Assembly (NCBI GenBank): GCA_963823665.1
Contig: CAWGMQ010000005.1
Span: 864,001 to 928,000 of the forward strand
Direction of reading: 5' to 3'
Origin: an uncultured Planctomycetota bacterium
GTDB taxonomy: Bacteria; Planctomycetota; Planctomycetia; Isosphaerales; Isosphaeraceae
Length of the DNA: 64,000 nucleotides
Each line of letters begins with the position of its first letter. The stretch's first letter is position 1. Below are positions 63,155 to 64,000 of the stretch, piece by piece. The notes under the pieces were generated by a model. It was not told where the DNA came from, ran no database searches, and saw only the letters and a list, made by a program, of their open reading frames with translations. Position numbers and translations under genes: made by a program.

Positions 63155-64000
63155 TTACAAGTTGCCACTTACATCAACATCTTCAGGAACAACAAGACCA
63201 ATAGCTAGCCAGAATTCGTTATAAGGACCGAAGAAAGGCTCATGTCTTGGAGGAAGTGTAACGACTGCAACATTATTAATATCGATTTCAAGCGCCGGGA
63301 ATTCGGATCGAAGTCCTCTGATCGAGTATCGAGGTGTTGAGCCCGAGGTATTAATCTCGACATAAAGACCCCAGCTCGATCCGGGAGCCAGAGGTTCGAG
63401 GGCGTTAGAGACATCCGATGACATGCGTACAACGACATCGTTCGCTGTAGCACTGACAAGGGCAACATGCATCAGGGAGCCATCGGCTTTTTTCTGCTTA
63501 ATCGGTTGAGTGCCGGGCTTGAAATGGCCGGTGGCGTTGAGCGAAGAGGCTCTGTACAAGCGGCTCGTCCCCGGAAGGTCCATCTCCGACCCCGGCTTTA
63601 TACCAGCATTTTGATCGCCCGTGATTACCGTAATTTCTTGCCTCGCTCGATAGGAAGAGGCAGCAGCGGCAGGTCCAAAGCCATGATCGTCACCGCCGTA
63701 AACCGTCGAATGGTTCCGTGGATTCGGAGCGTAGACGCCGGGGATAAAGATCGTAACGTCTATATTGAATTGTTGTTCAATAGGAAGGTTAGTCTCGCTG
63801 ATGACGAACATCGTCATGTTGCTGGCACTGGTGTAGTCGGCGCTGCCGGCGAAGTTGGCCACCACTATGTAGGTACCGGCGGCGCTCGGAGCCCCCGACA
63901 GCGGCGTGCCGGAGGCTGCGGTGCCAGCATAATAGGTCAGGGTCGGGCTTACGCCCTCCAGGCTGGCGGCGAACGTATTATTCGCGCCCGCCACCGTCGC
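63155..64000 (-). CDS. 3' end of a large surface protein: MBG-like repeat then a distinct C-terminal domain (5' partial)
   Basis: ASLEGVSPTLTYY...APSAAGTY.V.A.FAGSADY, then IFIP...GGDD.GF...YR..Q. Confidence 0.7.
   Translation of the reverse strand, partial: ATVAGANNTFAASLEGVSPTLTYYAGTAASGTPLSGAPSAAGTYIVVANFAGSADYTSASNMTMFVISETNLPIEQQFNIDVTIFIPGVYAPNPRNHSTVYGGDDHGFGPAAAASSYRARQEITVITGDQNAGIKPGSEMDLPGTSRLYRASSLNATGHFKPGTQPIKQKKADGSLMHVALVSATANDVVVRMSSDVSNALEPLAPGSSWGLYVEINTSGSTPRYSIRGLRSEFPALEIDINNVAVVTLPPRHEPFFGPYNEFWLAIGLVVPEDVDVSGNL

Overview
GC-rich bacterial DNA, very likely from a planctomycete (DUF1559 prepilin-type gene, giant repeat surface protein, planctomycete-style tRNA array). 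1-11.5 kb looks like host backbone: the 3' end of a repeat adhesin, a DUF1559 + lipoprotein pair, an AlgI/AlgJ-like O-acetylation locus, a SEC-C protein, and a minus-strand array of 12 tRNAs, several structurally non-canonical. From the 5' end of tRNA-Asp (11.55 kb) to about 62.6 kb lies a large integrated plasmid/ICE-like element. It has an iteron + DnaA-box replicon (repA, parA, RHH partner), a tyrosine recombinase, three vapBC modules plus TA remnants, and a MOBF relaxase with a candidate oriT. It also has a leading-region-like gene block with two Frpo-like stem-loop promoters, and defence/effector-like cargo (HEPN, TIR, HNH, trypsin-like, TIKI/ChaN-like). Four nested transposable elements have readable ends and target duplications: a Tn3, an ISL3-like IS inside its tnpA, a classical IS21, and a 4.4-kb IS21 carrying ParB-like and Cys-rich accessory genes. 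The most striking observations are a D-armless tRNA-Tyr whose variable loop can pair back to the D-replacement strand, the ParB-IS21, and apparent integration at the 5' end of an arrayed tRNA. Many frameshifts look like sequencing indels. All family calls are by motif recognition; no database search was run.
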